From the NCBI GenBank assembly GCA_044223005.1, contig JBGAML010000002.1:224001-288000 (forward strand): a stretch of 64,000 bases of DNA, read 5' to 3'. This stretch comes from Candidatus Eiseniibacteriota bacterium (GTDB lineage: Bacteria > Eisenbacteria > RBG-16-71-46). A program made the position numbers and the translations under genes. Under the pieces are notes generated by a model. That model searched no databases. It worked only from the letters and a program-made list of their open reading frames with translations, and was not told where the DNA came from. The first letter of the stretch is position 1; every line of letters starts with the position of its first letter. Below are positions 1 to 10,119 of the stretch, in pieces.

Positions 1-2
1 CC

Positions 3-515
3 CAGGACTTCTCGCACTCGCACGCAGCCGGAATCCAGTTCGATCGCGATGGCGTCTGGTCCGTGGTGGAAGGCCACCTGCACGCGGTCCTGCCGAACGA
101 GAGACAGAGGCGGTCCTTCGCCTATCTGGGATCCGAGGACTGGACCGACTACTCGATCGACCTCGACGTCTGCGGGCTTCGCGGAGTCGACAAGGGTGTG
201 GCGGTTCGGATGCAGAGCGGCAAGGCGGTGGTCGTGGACCTGAGGGGAGTGGGCTATGGCGACGTCGTCATGTATCGCGGCTACTCGAAGCTGGGCCATC
301 ATGCGGCCGCGAATCCCAATGGGAGCTGGAATCACCTGCGCATCGAGGCGCTGGGGCCCCGCTATCGCGTGTTCGTGAACGGGCAGCTCGCGATCGACTT
401 CAGCGACCCGCACAACAAGCGGCCGAGGGGCCGGATCGCGCTGGTGGCCTATACCGGCGGTGCGGGGCAGTGCGAAGTGCTCTACGACAACGTGATCGTG
501 CGGGAACTGCAATGA
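3..515 (+). CDS. DUF1080 / 3-keto-disaccharide hydrolase-like beta-sandwich protein (5'-partial)
   Basis: Frame is open from the window edge. Motifs WSVVEG, WTDYSIDLDV, WNHLRIEALG..YRVFVNGQ, GRIAL and YDNVIV are typical of DUF1080. Confidence 0.7.
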   Translation, partial: QDFSHSHAAGIQFDRDGVWSVVEGHLHAVLPNERQRRSFAYLGSEDWTDYSIDLDVCGLRGVDKGVAVRMQSGKAVVVDLRGVGYGDVVMYRGYSKLGHHAAANPNGSWNHLRIEALGPRYRVFVNGQLAIDFSDPHNKRPRGRIALVAYTGGAGQCEVLYDNVIVRELQ

Positions 516-559
516 GGGCCGCTGCTTCACAGCGTGGTCGGAGAACAGGAGACGCTGGG

Positions 560-2368
560 ATGAATCAGAAGCGGATCATGGCTGCATGGCTCGTGGTCCT
601 CGCGACGACCACGACGGCATTTGCGGCACCCGCGGATTCCTCGCGTCGGACGGCCGTGGCGCGGCTGGACTCGTCGGTGACCGACACGCTTGCGGTGGGG
701 CTCCTACGCGCCGACTCGGCGGCCGCGCAGCCGATGTCGCGACAGAATGTGGCGCCCGCCGAGACCACCTCGGTCGCTCCCGTGCCCCCGGTGCCGGTAT
801 TCCTCGGCGGCCGCGAGATCTTCCGCGTGCGAGTCGGGCGCGACGGGCTGGATCCCGGGGCCCGCGCGGCGGCCATCCGGATTCGCCTGACGCAGGCCGT
901 GACCGATGCGAGCGTGAGTCCCGACTCCGTCCGCCTGATCTCCCAGTCCGACGGCATCCAGGTCCAACTCGGATCGCACTTCCTCTGGCTCATCACCCCC
1001 GGGGATGCCCCGAGCCGGGAGCCCACGGAGCTGGCCGCCGTCCTGGCCAAGTTGCCTCAGCAGATTCGTGAGGGTGTCGAGCGCGAAAGGGTTGCACGGA
1101 AGCCCACGCGGGTGCTGGTCTCGGTCGCGATCACGCTCGTGCTCTCGCTGGTTGCGATCGGGCTGTTCCGCCTGATCCTCGCCGGCAGCAGGCGATGGCG
1201 TGGATGGCTCGGCCGGACGCTGGAGCGCCGGTTGCCCGCGATCCGCATCCGTAGCTTCGAGGTGCTATCCAAGGCGCAGGTGAGCGGGATTCTCGTCGGC
1301 ATTCTCGCCCGCCTCGATGTGGTGGTCGGGCTCGTGCTGCTCTATGGATACCTCGCGGCCGTGTTCTCCCTGTTCCCGTGGACGCAGGGCTGGAGCGCGC
1401 TGCTCCTGGCGTTCGCGGTCCAGCAGACGGTCAAGATCGTCCGAACTGTCGCCTCAGGCGTGCCTGGCCTGTTCGCCGTGGCGCTCATCGTCGTGCTCTT
1501 CCGCTGGCTGAACGGCCTCGCCGGGCGGTTCTTCGACGCGATCGGCGACGGCAGCCTCGTGCTCGGCAGCTTCCACCCCGAGCTTGCCGCGCCCAGCCGC
1601 AGGCTGGTCGGCATCATGCTCTGGCTGGTGGCGATCATGGTCGCCTATCCCTACGTCCCGGGCAGCGGCACGCGCGCGGTTCAGGGCGTGTCCCTGCTCT
1701 TCGGACTGGTCATCTCTCTTGGCTCGACCGGGATCATCGGCAACATGATCGCGGGCATCGTGCTGACGTACTCGCGATCGTTCAACGTCGGGGATCGGGT
1801 GCGCATCGGCGATCACGTCGGGGATGTCGTGCGCCTCGGGTTCTTCGCCACGAAGCTCCGCTCGCTCCGCAATGAGGAGATCACCATCCCGAACGGCCAG
1901 GTCGCGGGTACGGCCATCCTCAACTACACCCGGCTGGCCGAGGAGTCCGGCCTCATCCTGCATACACAGGTCACGATCGGCTACGACGTGGACTGGCGCA
2001 AAGTGCACGCGCTGCTCGTCGAGGCCGCGCTGCGCGTGAACGGCGTGGAAAGAGAACCGGCCCCGTGGGTGCTTCAGCGCTCGTTGAACGACTACTACCC
2101 GACCTACGAACTCTGCTGCGTGACGCGGGACTCACACGCGCAACTGCGGCTGTACTCGGACCTGCATGCCGAGATCCAGGATGCCTTCAGTCGCGCGGGG
2201 GTCGAGATCCTCTCGCCGGCGTACCACGCGATCCGCGACGCGAACGCCCAGGTGCTGCCGCAGGAACCCGCGGGGCCGCGCGAGGCGCCCGGGGCGTTCA
2301 GGGTGGAAGGCCCCGAAGGAGGATCGTCGTCGGCGAGTCGTGGCGGCGAAGGGAGTCCGCGACGTTGA
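560..2368 (+). CDS. Small-conductance mechanosensitive channel (MscS family) with N-terminal signal peptide and periplasmic domain
   Basis: AGGAGA RBS before ATG560. Several TM segments, then NMIAGIVL..SRSFNVGDRVRIGDHVGDV..LGFFATKLRS...ITIPN and VTIGYDVDW...IQDAFSRAGVEILSP. Confidence 0.93.
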   Translation: MNQKRIMAAWLVVLATTTTAFAAPADSSRRTAVARLDSSVTDTLAVGLLRADSAAAQPMSRQNVAPAETTSVAPVPPVPVFLGGREIFRVRVGRDGLDPGARAAAIRIRLTQAVTDASVSPDSVRLISQSDGIQVQLGSHFLWLITPGDAPSREPTELAAVLAKLPQQIREGVERERVARKPTRVLVSVAITLVLSLVAIGLFRLILAGSRRWRGWLGRTLERRLPAIRIRSFEVLSKAQVSGILVGILARLDVVVGLVLLYGYLAAVFSLFPWTQGWSALLLAFAVQQTVKIVRTVASGVPGLFAVALIVVLFRWLNGLAGRFFDAIGDGSLVLGSFHPELAAPSRRLVGIMLWLVAIMVAYPYVPGSGTRAVQGVSLLFGLVISLGSTGIIGNMIAGIVLTYSRSFNVGDRVRIGDHVGDVVRLGFFATKLRSLRNEEITIPNGQVAGTAILNYTRLAEESGLILHTQVTIGYDVDWRKVHALLVEAALRVNGVEREPAPWVLQRSLNDYYPTYELCCVTRDSHAQLRLYSDLHAEIQDAFSRAGVEILSPAYHAIRDANAQVLPQEPAGPREAPGAFRVEGPEGGSSSASRGGEGSPRR

Positions 2369-2805
2369 CGGCGCACTTCTGGTCATACGCTCTGGCCATT
2401 CCCGCCTGGAGCGGCGCGGCGCCCAGTCCCACCCGCACGGCGGCGCACTCGCCCTGGCCGGGACGCCCTGGCGGGGTCGATCGCATCGTCACGGCCGGAG
2501 CGGCGGTCGCGAGCGCTTCTCAGCCCACACTGCTGACGGGGACCATCGTCCACGCGTCGCCCGGCGATTCGTGCGCGGCCGGCGTGGCGAGGTACCTGCT
2601 CGTCACCCGGCACGGACGCGTCCGAATCGGCGCGCACAGGACGAGAGTCGAGCGCCTGCTGGGTCGGTTTGCGGGGAAGTCGATCGCGGTCACGGTTGCA
2701 GGGCACTTCGCATCCGAACTGCGATGCCCTTACCTGGAGGTCGAGGCCGACTGGCCGCGGCAGCCTCGTCCCCAACCGCTGCGAGCGGCCCCGCGAGCAG
2801 CTTGA
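2365..2805 (+). CDS. Hypothetical protein (uncertain)
   Basis: TTG start overlaps the MscS-family gene's stop (TTGA) and the ORF fills the gap to the convergent antiporter. No recognisable motif. Confidence 0.3.
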   Translation: MTAHFWSYALAIPAWSGAAPSPTRTAAHSPWPGRPGGVDRIVTAGAAVASASQPTLLTGTIVHASPGDSCAAGVARYLLVTRHGRVRIGAHRTRVERLLGRFAGKSIAVTVAGHFASELRCPYLEVEADWPRQPRPQPLRAAPRAA

Positions 2806-2844
2806 GCCCGGCGCAACGCCCGTGCGCGAAAGGCGTCGCTCGAC

Positions 2845-4044
2845 TCAGCGCCCGGAACTCCGGCCATCGGTTTCGGACTGTTCCAGCGGTGGTGCGTGGG
2901 GCTCCTGGTACTCGGGGAGCGGCCGACGGAAGAACACGGCGGGCAAGACGGTCGTGGCGAGCGTGTACAGGATGACTCCGCCGAAGAGCGCCGGGGAGGC
3001 GGAGAACCGGTCGCGCAGGATCTCCGCGATCACGAGGCCGAATACCAGCGTTGGGAGCATGGCCACCGCGATCCGCACGCTCTTGCGCCCTCCCTCGCGC
3101 AGCGCCAGCCGCCGGTGCAGCATGACGGTGCCCAGCCGCAGCGGGGCGATCACGGCGAGAAAGCCCAGGCCGTAGCCCAGCGAGCCGAGGTCGAGGTCTT
3201 CGCGCCGGAGCTGGAGGCCGGCGTTGAAGAAGTAGAACGGCACGAAGAACGAAGCGAACATCTCGACCGCGTGGATCAACTGCTCCGAAGCGAGCGCGGG
3301 CAACCGCTCGCGGAACCGCTGCGCCGTCATGCCGACGACGAACGCCCCCACGAGGTAGTACACGCCCAGCTCCCGCGTCGCGAAAGCGCACAGCACCGCG
3401 ATCATGAGCAGGAACGCGAACTCCGAGCGCGGCGCGAACGGCACCACGAGCGCGGCGAACGCCCGGAACACGAGCGGCAGGAGCAGGATCATGCCCACGA
3501 GCACCGCCAGCGAGATGCCCATGCGCTCGAACGACGTGGATTGCAGGGCGCCGAAGAGCACCAGCAGCGCGAGCAGCTCGGTGGCGATGGCCTTCGACTT
3601 GATCCACCGCTTCTCCTCGGGAGCCAGGCCCAGCTGCCCGATCGAGTCGAGGATGAAGCCCGTCGACGGCGTGAGCAGCGCCAGCGCAAGAAGGGTCGCG
3701 GCACGGCCCTCGAGGTGGAGGAACCTCCCGAGCGCGAAGGCCACGGCTGCCAGAAGCAGCGTTCGGACAGCGAGGTGCTGGAGTAGCACCCCCGCATTGC
3801 CCCGGAGGTCGCGCGTGTCGACCTCGAGCCCCGCGAAGAGGAACAGCGCCACGATGCCGAATGCCGAGAGCAGGTGCAGAGTCGTGTCGTGCTGGAACAA
3901 CCCGAACCCGAGACCCGCAGCCGCCCCGAGAGCCAGGCTCGTGATAGCAGCAGGAACGGCGAAGCGTTGGAGCGCGCGGGGCACGACGAAGAGTGCGAAC
4001 AGGACGCCGATGTACCACAGCTCGGGCGACAGGTGAGCATTCAT
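2845..4044 (-). CDS. Cation:proton antiporter (CPA2 / Na+-H+ exchanger family)
   Basis: About 12 hydrophobic segments. Motifs GIVALFLFAGLEVD, LGVYYLVGAFVVG and FFVPFYFFNAGL. Confidence 0.85.
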   Translation of the reverse strand: MNAHLSPELWYIGVLFALFVVPRALQRFAVPAAITSLALGAAAGLGFGLFQHDTTLHLLSAFGIVALFLFAGLEVDTRDLRGNAGVLLQHLAVRTLLLAAVAFALGRFLHLEGRAATLLALALLTPSTGFILDSIGQLGLAPEEKRWIKSKAIATELLALLVLFGALQSTSFERMGISLAVLVGMILLLPLVFRAFAALVVPFAPRSEFAFLLMIAVLCAFATRELGVYYLVGAFVVGMTAQRFRERLPALASEQLIHAVEMFASFFVPFYFFNAGLQLRREDLDLGSLGYGLGFLAVIAPLRLGTVMLHRRLALREGGRKSVRIAVAMLPTLVFGLVIAEILRDRFSASPALFGGVILYTLATTVLPAVFFRRPLPEYQEPHAPPLEQSETDGRSSGR

Positions 4045-4078
4045 GCGGGCCTCGGGCCACCGGCGCGTGTCGGCAAGT

Positions 4079-4942
4079 TCACTGCGAGACCGGAACGGTT
4101 TCAGCTGCGTGCTTGATCAGCAGTACCTCGTTGCCGGACTCGTTGTAGATGATCTCGTCGACGAGTTGCCGAGTCATGAGGATCCCGAATCCTCCGGGTC
4201 GCATGCCCTGCGCGACGCGTACCTCCACGTGCGCGAGCGGGTCCTCCGGCTGGTTGGACACGGCCGCGTGCGGGAGGTTGTCGAACGAGAAACCCGGCCC
4301 CGGGTCACGGAAGTGAAACTGCAGCGCCCTTGCTGTCCGAATCGCGGCCACTTCGACGATCTTGTCGGGATCGAATCCCGCACCGTGCTCCATGGCGTTC
4401 ATCAGGATCTCGCGGAAGGCCAGGATCAATCCCTCGCGTTCCGGGTCGTTCGGGCTCGTGAGGAGGCTGTCGACGAATGCGATCAGCCGCTCAGCCGTCA
4501 GGCGGCGGGCGGCGACCCGGACCGCCAGCCAGTGCGGAGAGGAGGAGACGACCGAAATCCCGTCACGCCAGTCGCCGGCCGCCGCCGCACGCTGAACCAT
4601 GGCTGCAACCGCCGAAACGTCCAGGGGAGCACGAAAGCAGGCGAAGACGTGCGAGCGGAGCGACGCGATCACGTCTTCCGGCGTGCCTTCGTTCGCGAGC
4701 AGCACGATGCGTGGCCCGAGCTGCAGTGCGCTCAGCCGCCGGACCAGTTCCAGATCCTGGGTGACGCTCGACGTTGGGCTGGTGACGAGTACGTCGTAGA
4801 CGCGCTCACTCACCTGCCGAAGGGCCGCGGTCTGCGAGCCGACTCGTTCGATCTCGAATGGGCCGGCGCCCAGCGCCTCCCGGAGCGCGACGTTCTCATC
4901 GGTCCCGTCCTCGATCAGGAGAATCCGGCTGCTCGAGCTCAT
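4079..4942 (-). CDS. Degenerate receiver domain fused to RsbW-like anti-sigma HATPase domain
   Basis: GGAGG RBS. N-terminal REC-like ILLIED...YDVLVTS; C-terminal EILMNAMEHG, DPGPGF, GGFGILMTRQLVDEIIYNESGN. Confidence 0.85.
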   Translation of the reverse strand: MSSSSRILLIEDGTDENVALREALGAGPFEIERVGSQTAALRQVSERVYDVLVTSPTSSVTQDLELVRRLSALQLGPRIVLLANEGTPEDVIASLRSHVFACFRAPLDVSAVAAMVQRAAAAGDWRDGISVVSSSPHWLAVRVAARRLTAERLIAFVDSLLTSPNDPEREGLILAFREILMNAMEHGAGFDPDKIVEVAAIRTARALQFHFRDPGPGFSFDNLPHAAVSNQPEDPLAHVEVRVAQGMRPGGFGILMTRQLVDEIIYNESGNEVLLIKHAAETVPVSQ

Positions 4943-5144
4943 GATCAGACCTCCAGAATGTCCTCGAATCCGGAGCGAAGATCCCCGGCAGCAGGCGACG
5001 GTGCTAAGGTCCGGGCCGTTCCACGGGTCGTGCCCTCCCGACGGTGCCCGGACGACCGTAACACGGCCAAGGCGCAACATCGGAGCCCGACCGGCACGGT
5101 GCCGATGGCTGCCTGGGAGATGCCATAGCCGCGAGGTTGCACGC

Positions 5145-5902
5145 ATGCATGAGGCCGCCAGCAACATCCGGATCCGTGAGGTCGAGTCCCCAACCGACCG
5201 CGCTTTGGGCCGTGCGCATGGCTTGCTCAAGCGCACATTTCCCCGGGCCGAGCTCGTGGCGCTTCCGGAGTGGCGCGCGACGCTCCGCGAGCGAGCGGCG
5301 GGGTTGTGGACGGACCTCGACTGGCACCTGCTCATCGCTGAGCGTGGGGGAAAGGTCGTCGGCGCCGCGACGGGCTCCTATGTGGGCAACGTCAATGTCG
5401 GGCTGGTGGCTACGTAGCAGTCCTGCGAGACGCACGCGGCTGCGGAATCGGTGGCTTGTTGCGCCGAGGATTGAAGGCTGCATTCGTCCGGGATGCGCGG
5501 CGCATTCACGCGAGGCCGCTGGATGCACTGATCGGCGAGGTCCACGTCGACAACCCGTGGCTGCCCCACCTCGTTCGCGAGCAGCGAGTGTTGGCCCTGG
5601 ACTTCCCCTACTTTCAACCTTCGCTGCATTCGTCGGAAGAGCCCGTCAGGCTCGTTCTCTACGTTCAGCCCACGCGGGGCAGACGAAGGATGATGCCGGC
5701 CGAGGAGGTTCGACAGCTCGTGTACACGGTGTGGCGCCGCATCTACCGCATCGTGCGCCCGCTCGAGCGGCCCGAGTTCCGCAGGATGCTGCGAGCGCTC
5801 CGGCGCGGGACCCGGGTGTGTGCGCTCACGATGGTCGAACTGGAGGCTCTGCGGGTGCGCGCGGGGAGGCGAAGAGCGAAACGTCAGGCCCGACGAGTCT
5901 AG
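5145..5902 (+). pseudogene. GNAT-family acetyltransferase split by a 1-nt frameshift near 5408
   Basis: The 5' frame ends ...GNVNVGLVAT* at 5417. The -1 frame reads GYVAVLRDARGCGIGGLLRRGLK (acetyl-CoA motif A) and runs to the stop at 5902. Confidence 0.75.
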
Positions 5903-6280
5903 TCTGCCCCTCGGTAATCCGATCGGGCACGCTGGCTGTGTCACTTTTGTGTCAGTCCTATCGGGAACCATCGGTTTTCACGAGTTTCGACCGGAACGTC
6001 AATAGCCGCGTATTCAGCCGCTAGCCATCGCATTGCCCGATCCGGACGCATTCACGCCCGAGGCGGTTATCGCATTCAACTTCCAGTGGGCATGGTCGAG
6101 CGGGACGGTGGCGGGGAAGAGTGCGGGGGCGAGCCGTTGAATCGCTCGCGCTGAGCTGAAGTCCGCGACGCTCTTCGCAACCGTTGCCCTTGGGCGTGCG
6201 TAACACTCCGAGCAAGCGTCCATCGCGGCCTGCGCCGCCCGCGACCCCGTCCGGAACGCGATTCGCATCTGGAGTCGACG

Positions 6281-6697
6281 ATGAACTGGAAACTCTCCTT
6301 CATGCTCTCGCTGCTCGGACTCGCGCATGCGATCGTGTTCGTCGCGAGGTACCCGGATCCTGTCTCCGCACTCACGTGGCTCGTGATCTGGGCGGTTTGC
6401 GCGGTCGTCATCGCGCGACGCGCACCGGGCCACCATTTCTGGCACGGATTCGGGGTCGGGCTGCTGAATTGGGTGTGGGTCACGGGCTCGCATGTCGTTC
6501 TGTTCGACACCTACGTGGCGAATCATCCGGGCGAGCTCGCCGCGCGGTGGGCGAGGTCGCTACCCGTACCGCCGGTGATCGGTCCCATCGTCGCCTCGCT
6601 CCGGCACTACGATGCGCCGATTCCGGGCGCCTCCGCCGTCCTCATCGGATTGCTCGCCTGGATCACCTCGAGGTTCATCAGGCCCAGACGGAGCTGA
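6281..6697 (+). CDS. Small membrane protein (about 4 TM)
   Basis: GGAG RBS, four hydrophobic segments, coding-like codon use. Confidence 0.75.
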   Translation: MNWKLSFMLSLLGLAHAIVFVARYPDPVSALTWLVIWAVCAVVIARRAPGHHFWHGFGVGLLNWVWVTGSHVVLFDTYVANHPGELAARWARSLPVPPVIGPIVASLRHYDAPIPGASAVLIGLLAWITSRFIRPRRS

Positions 6698-6745
6698 CGC
6701 CACGCACCGAATCGCGACGGGGCCTTTCATCGCAATGAGCGTCCG

Positions 6746-7330
6746 CTAGCTCGTCCCGAGCGCCCGGCTCGCCTCTGTCATGAGCCCGTGCGCCGTGACC
6801 TCGGTCATGCCGCCGGCGAGTGTCGTCGACCGGCCGCCGGCCTCCGCGCAGAGCATCCACGACACGAGGCCCGCCTTGTGGCGATTGGCCATCCGGTCGT
6901 TCTGCGCCCCCGCCGCCATGCCGGAGTAGACGGTGCCGGTGTTCGCGATCGTCGCCTCCTGGATATCGGGAATGCCGTTTCGCAGGATCAGCCGGTGGAG
7001 CGACGCGCGAGGAATCTTCGAGCCGTCGGCGCCCTCGATGCCTTCGGGCGAGACCACGAACGTGCCGCCGGGCGAGCGGACCTTGTCGACCTTCGAGGCG
7101 AACCACCGATTGGTCCCGCGGTAGATGAACCGCGCCCCGAATCCCATGATCGCGAGCCGGATCACGAGCCCGAAGAAGCCCATGTCGCGGGTGAACGAGG
7201 CGAAGACCACGAGCACGAAGATGCCGGCGAGCACCGCGGGCGCGCCGCTCGCCTTGGGGGCCGACGCGGGCGTGACCGTGAATCGCACCCGGCCGCCGCC
7301 GAGGTCTTCCTGCCGATAGCTGCTGTCCAT
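6746..7330 (-). CDS. Hypothetical membrane protein (2 TM plus soluble domain)
   Basis: GGAGGA RBS, two TM segments, strong GC3 bias. Confidence 0.8.
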   Translation of the reverse strand: MDSSYRQEDLGGGRVRFTVTPASAPKASGAPAVLAGIFVLVVFASFTRDMGFFGLVIRLAIMGFGARFIYRGTNRWFASKVDKVRSPGGTFVVSPEGIEGADGSKIPRASLHRLILRNGIPDIQEATIANTGTVYSGMAAGAQNDRMANRHKAGLVSWMLCAEAGGRSTTLAGGMTEVTAHGLMTEASRALGTS

Positions 7331-8149
7331 GACGATCCTCCGAGAGGGTGTGGGGTGGTCGGGAACCCGGAAGGGCGCACGTCTTTCCTCTATTGCGCGC
7401 GAACCGGCCGAAGACCGTCATTCGATCCCTGAAGGTCGGAAGAAATCCGGCGGCGGAAGAGTCGGCGCGGGCGGACCGCCCCCACGCGAACGCCTCGCGG
7501 ATGGGGCGCGACCGGCCGGCACCGGTCACGGCGCGTCGCCCAGACGCCACGGGAACCGGGCGGAGGGAAGGGCATCCACTCGGCTGGATCGCGCCGGAGC
7601 CCGGTACGGGACCGGGCGCGATCGCCGGACCACGGACGGGCGCCAGGAATAGCGCCGACAGCGCCCGCTAGAGTCGGTCTTCCATCGTCAGCGCGACCCG
7701 TCCTCCCTTGGCTGCCAGTTTTTCCCTGCGGCCGAGCAGTCCTCGCCGGGCCCGGAAATGGCGGCCGCAAATCGCTCTTGAGCGCGCGCGATCACGTGCC
7801 GATCACATTACCCGTTGATCCCAGGGGTGCTTCACCGCTCTCGCGACCGATTGCTCACGCTCGACAACCCGCCGGACCGCCTCCGTCCTGCACTCCGCGG
7901 ATCCACAGACGCCGTTGATCCATCGCCGCCTCCAGACACGACACACTCCTGCCTCGACGACGTGTCCGGACGACCCGGAGAGGCCCAGAACTCCACACCC
8001 TGTGACCGGCCCTGCCGTAGTCCGCACTCGGTTCCATGCGACCGGGTGTGCACCTCAGGGGCGGAACCGGGGACGCGACCACTTCACTCGACGTCGACGC
8101 CGATCCTCGGTCACCCCGGTCGAGCCCCGTTCGACGACAAGGAGACATC

Positions 8150-8851
8150 ATGAAGCGAGTCATCCTCCTGGCACTTCTGATCGCCACGCCTTCCCTCGCC
8201 AACGCCCAGGTCAAGAAGGGCGACCTGCTCCTCGGTACGAGCCTGGGCTCCTTGAGCGGCACCAGCAGCACCTCGAAGACGACGTACAGCAATACCCCGA
8301 CCGAGTACAAGTCGACGGGGAACTCCTTCAGCCTCAGCCTCAACCCGTACGTCGGCTGGTGCGTGCAGGACGATCTGGCGCTCGGCGCGTCGGTCTCGCT
8401 CAGCTACTACCGGAGCAAGTCGGAGAGCTCCAACACCTCGAGCACGACCACCTCGAGCTCCACCTCCACGCAGCCGAGCTTCTACATCGGGCCGTTCGCG
8501 CGTTACTACATGGGTGGCAGCGGGAAGGGCCGGACGTTCGTCCACGTCAACGCCCAGTACGGCTTCTACTCCGGCGACTCGAAGTCCGAGACCTCTACTG
8601 GCGCGAGTTCGAAGACCACGACCAAGCCGAAGTACGACTGGAATGCCGGCGTCGCCCTGGGCTTCGAGGTCTTCCTCTCTTCGTGGGCCGGTGCCTATGG
8701 CTCCTTCGGTGTGAACTACGGCTCGAGCAAGACCACGTACGAGTACCGGCCGTCCACGGGTACCGGGTACGACTACACCAGCGAGTACACCCGGACGTAC
8801 TACCCCCTGAACGTCGGGTTCCAGCTCCACCTGCCGGCGGACCGCAAGTAG
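8150..8851 (+). CDS. Outer-membrane beta-barrel protein
   Basis: AGGAGA RBS and signal peptide MKRVILLALLIATPSLANA. Alternating aromatic strands (PYVGW, IGPFARYY) and C-terminal LNVGFQLHL. Confidence 0.85.
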   Translation: MKRVILLALLIATPSLANAQVKKGDLLLGTSLGSLSGTSSTSKTTYSNTPTEYKSTGNSFSLSLNPYVGWCVQDDLALGASVSLSYYRSKSESSNTSSTTTSSSTSTQPSFYIGPFARYYMGGSGKGRTFVHVNAQYGFYSGDSKSETSTGASSKTTTKPKYDWNAGVALGFEVFLSSWAGAYGSFGVNYGSSKTTYEYRPSTGTGYDYTSEYTRTYYPLNVGFQLHLPADRK

Positions 8852-8880
8852 CGGGTGGTGCTCGGAAGATTGCCGGTGAA

Positions 8881-8911
8881 CGGGGCTCGCACCCATGGGG
8901 TGCGGGCCCCG
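8881..8911 (+). terminator. Hairpin between convergent genes
   Basis: CGGGGCTCGCACCC-atg-GGGTGCGGGCCCCG, 14-bp stem with one G-U pair, no U-tract. Confidence 0.45.
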
Positions 8912-9005
8912 AACCATTGCGCGGGATCTCGAGCCCGAGGGTCGAGACGACCGCCTGCGCGTGCGAAGCTCGCGCGCGCCGGGACCGCATCCCGCGGGGC
9001 GACCC

Positions 9006-9527
9006 TCAGGGCGAGTCGTCTTCGGGCTGAAGCAGCTCGAATCGCACCTTCGCTCTCTGTGAATGGAGCCAGGCCACGAGGTCGGCCCGGGTCATCGCTC
9101 CCGGTACGGCCAGGTAGGCGCAGCCGCGATTCTTTCTCGCGAACATGCCCTCGATGACGATGTCCTTCGACGCGGACGCCGCGTCGAGTGCTTCGAGCGC
9201 CGATCGCAGACTCGCGTTCCGGCCGCTCGGCCGGTAGTCGATCACGGCCACCCAGCGTCCGCCGTCTTCGAGGGTGCGCGTGTCGATCCGGCCGAAGTCG
9301 ACACCGCACCGGTCCCACTCGAACATGCCGTCCGCGTTCGGGTGGACCTCGACGACGTCGCCGTACGTCGGCTTGGGGTGAAGCACCGGAATGTTGACGA
9401 TCCGGACGTATCGAGCCACGGGGTGGAGGATGGTGGCTCCCCGGTCCTCGGCCCATACCGTCTCGGGGTCTTCGCCCTGATTGTGCAGGCGGATCTTCAG
9501 GAGCCGGGTGCGCTCAGGCAGTGACAT
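9006..9527 (-). CDS. Hypothetical protein, DUF4265-like
   Basis: GAGG RBS. The ETVWAE...IVNIP.....TYGDVVEV pattern resembles DUF4265. Confidence 0.6.
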   Translation of the reverse strand: MSLPERTRLLKIRLHNQGEDPETVWAEDRGATILHPVARYVRIVNIPVLHPKPTYGDVVEVHPNADGMFEWDRCGVDFGRIDTRTLEDGGRWVAVIDYRPSGRNASLRSALEALDAASASKDIVIEGMFARKNRGCAYLAVPGAMTRADLVAWLHSQRAKVRFELLQPEDDSP

Positions 9528-9670
9528 CGAATGCCCTCGTCCCGGCGGCGAGTGGGACCGGCACTGTACGGATTGGAACGCTCGACTTCCAATGGGCGTG
9601 GACGACCGGTACCGTCGCGAGGAGCAGCGCGCGCCGCGCCGCCTCATGGTTCAACCTTCGGAGCGACACC

Positions 9671-10105
9671 ATGAACATCCTGGAACATCTCTTCCTCGAC
9701 GGGGAGTTCGCCGAGCGCTCGCGCCTGCTGTCCGGATTGACGCTCGAGCAAGTGACGCTCTGCCCGGAGGGCGCATCACACTCGATCTACGAAGAGTTGT
9801 GGCACGTCGTGGCATACCAGCAGACGATCGTCGCGGGGGCCGACCCTGCGGGCGACCGGTACCCGCGCACGAAGCCGGAGCACGAACACCAGTGGCACGA
9901 CCTCGTGGGAGTCTTCCTGGAGGGCGCCCGCGCCGCGACGTCGTTCGCGCAGACGCCCGAGCGGTTGTCGCGTGAAGTGGAGCCGGGCGTGACCATGGCC
10001 GACGAGCTCAACTGCGTGGCGATCCACAACGCCTACCACCTCGGCAAGATCGTCGCGCTGCGGCAGCGCATCGGCGCATGGCCGCCCGCCGGATCGAGGG
10101 CCTGA
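9671..10105 (+). CDS. DinB-family protein
   Basis: HSIYEELWHV and HNAYHLGKI histidine motifs; GGAG RBS. Confidence 0.88.
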   Translation: MNILEHLFLDGEFAERSRLLSGLTLEQVTLCPEGASHSIYEELWHVVAYQQTIVAGADPAGDRYPRTKPEHEHQWHDLVGVFLEGARAATSFAQTPERLSREVEPGVTMADELNCVAIHNAYHLGKIVALRQRIGAWPPAGSRA

Positions 10106-10119
10106 GACTCGGCGTGCTC

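Noticed and set aside
5400..5420. Programmed ribosomal frameshift in the GNAT gene
   Set aside because: No slippery X XXY YYZ site is visible, so a simple indel is more parsimonious.
6085..6135. TGGTCGAG/TGGCGGGG as a reverse-complement tRNA 3' end (att site)
   Set aside because: No TTCGA T-loop at the right spacing and no cloverleaf.
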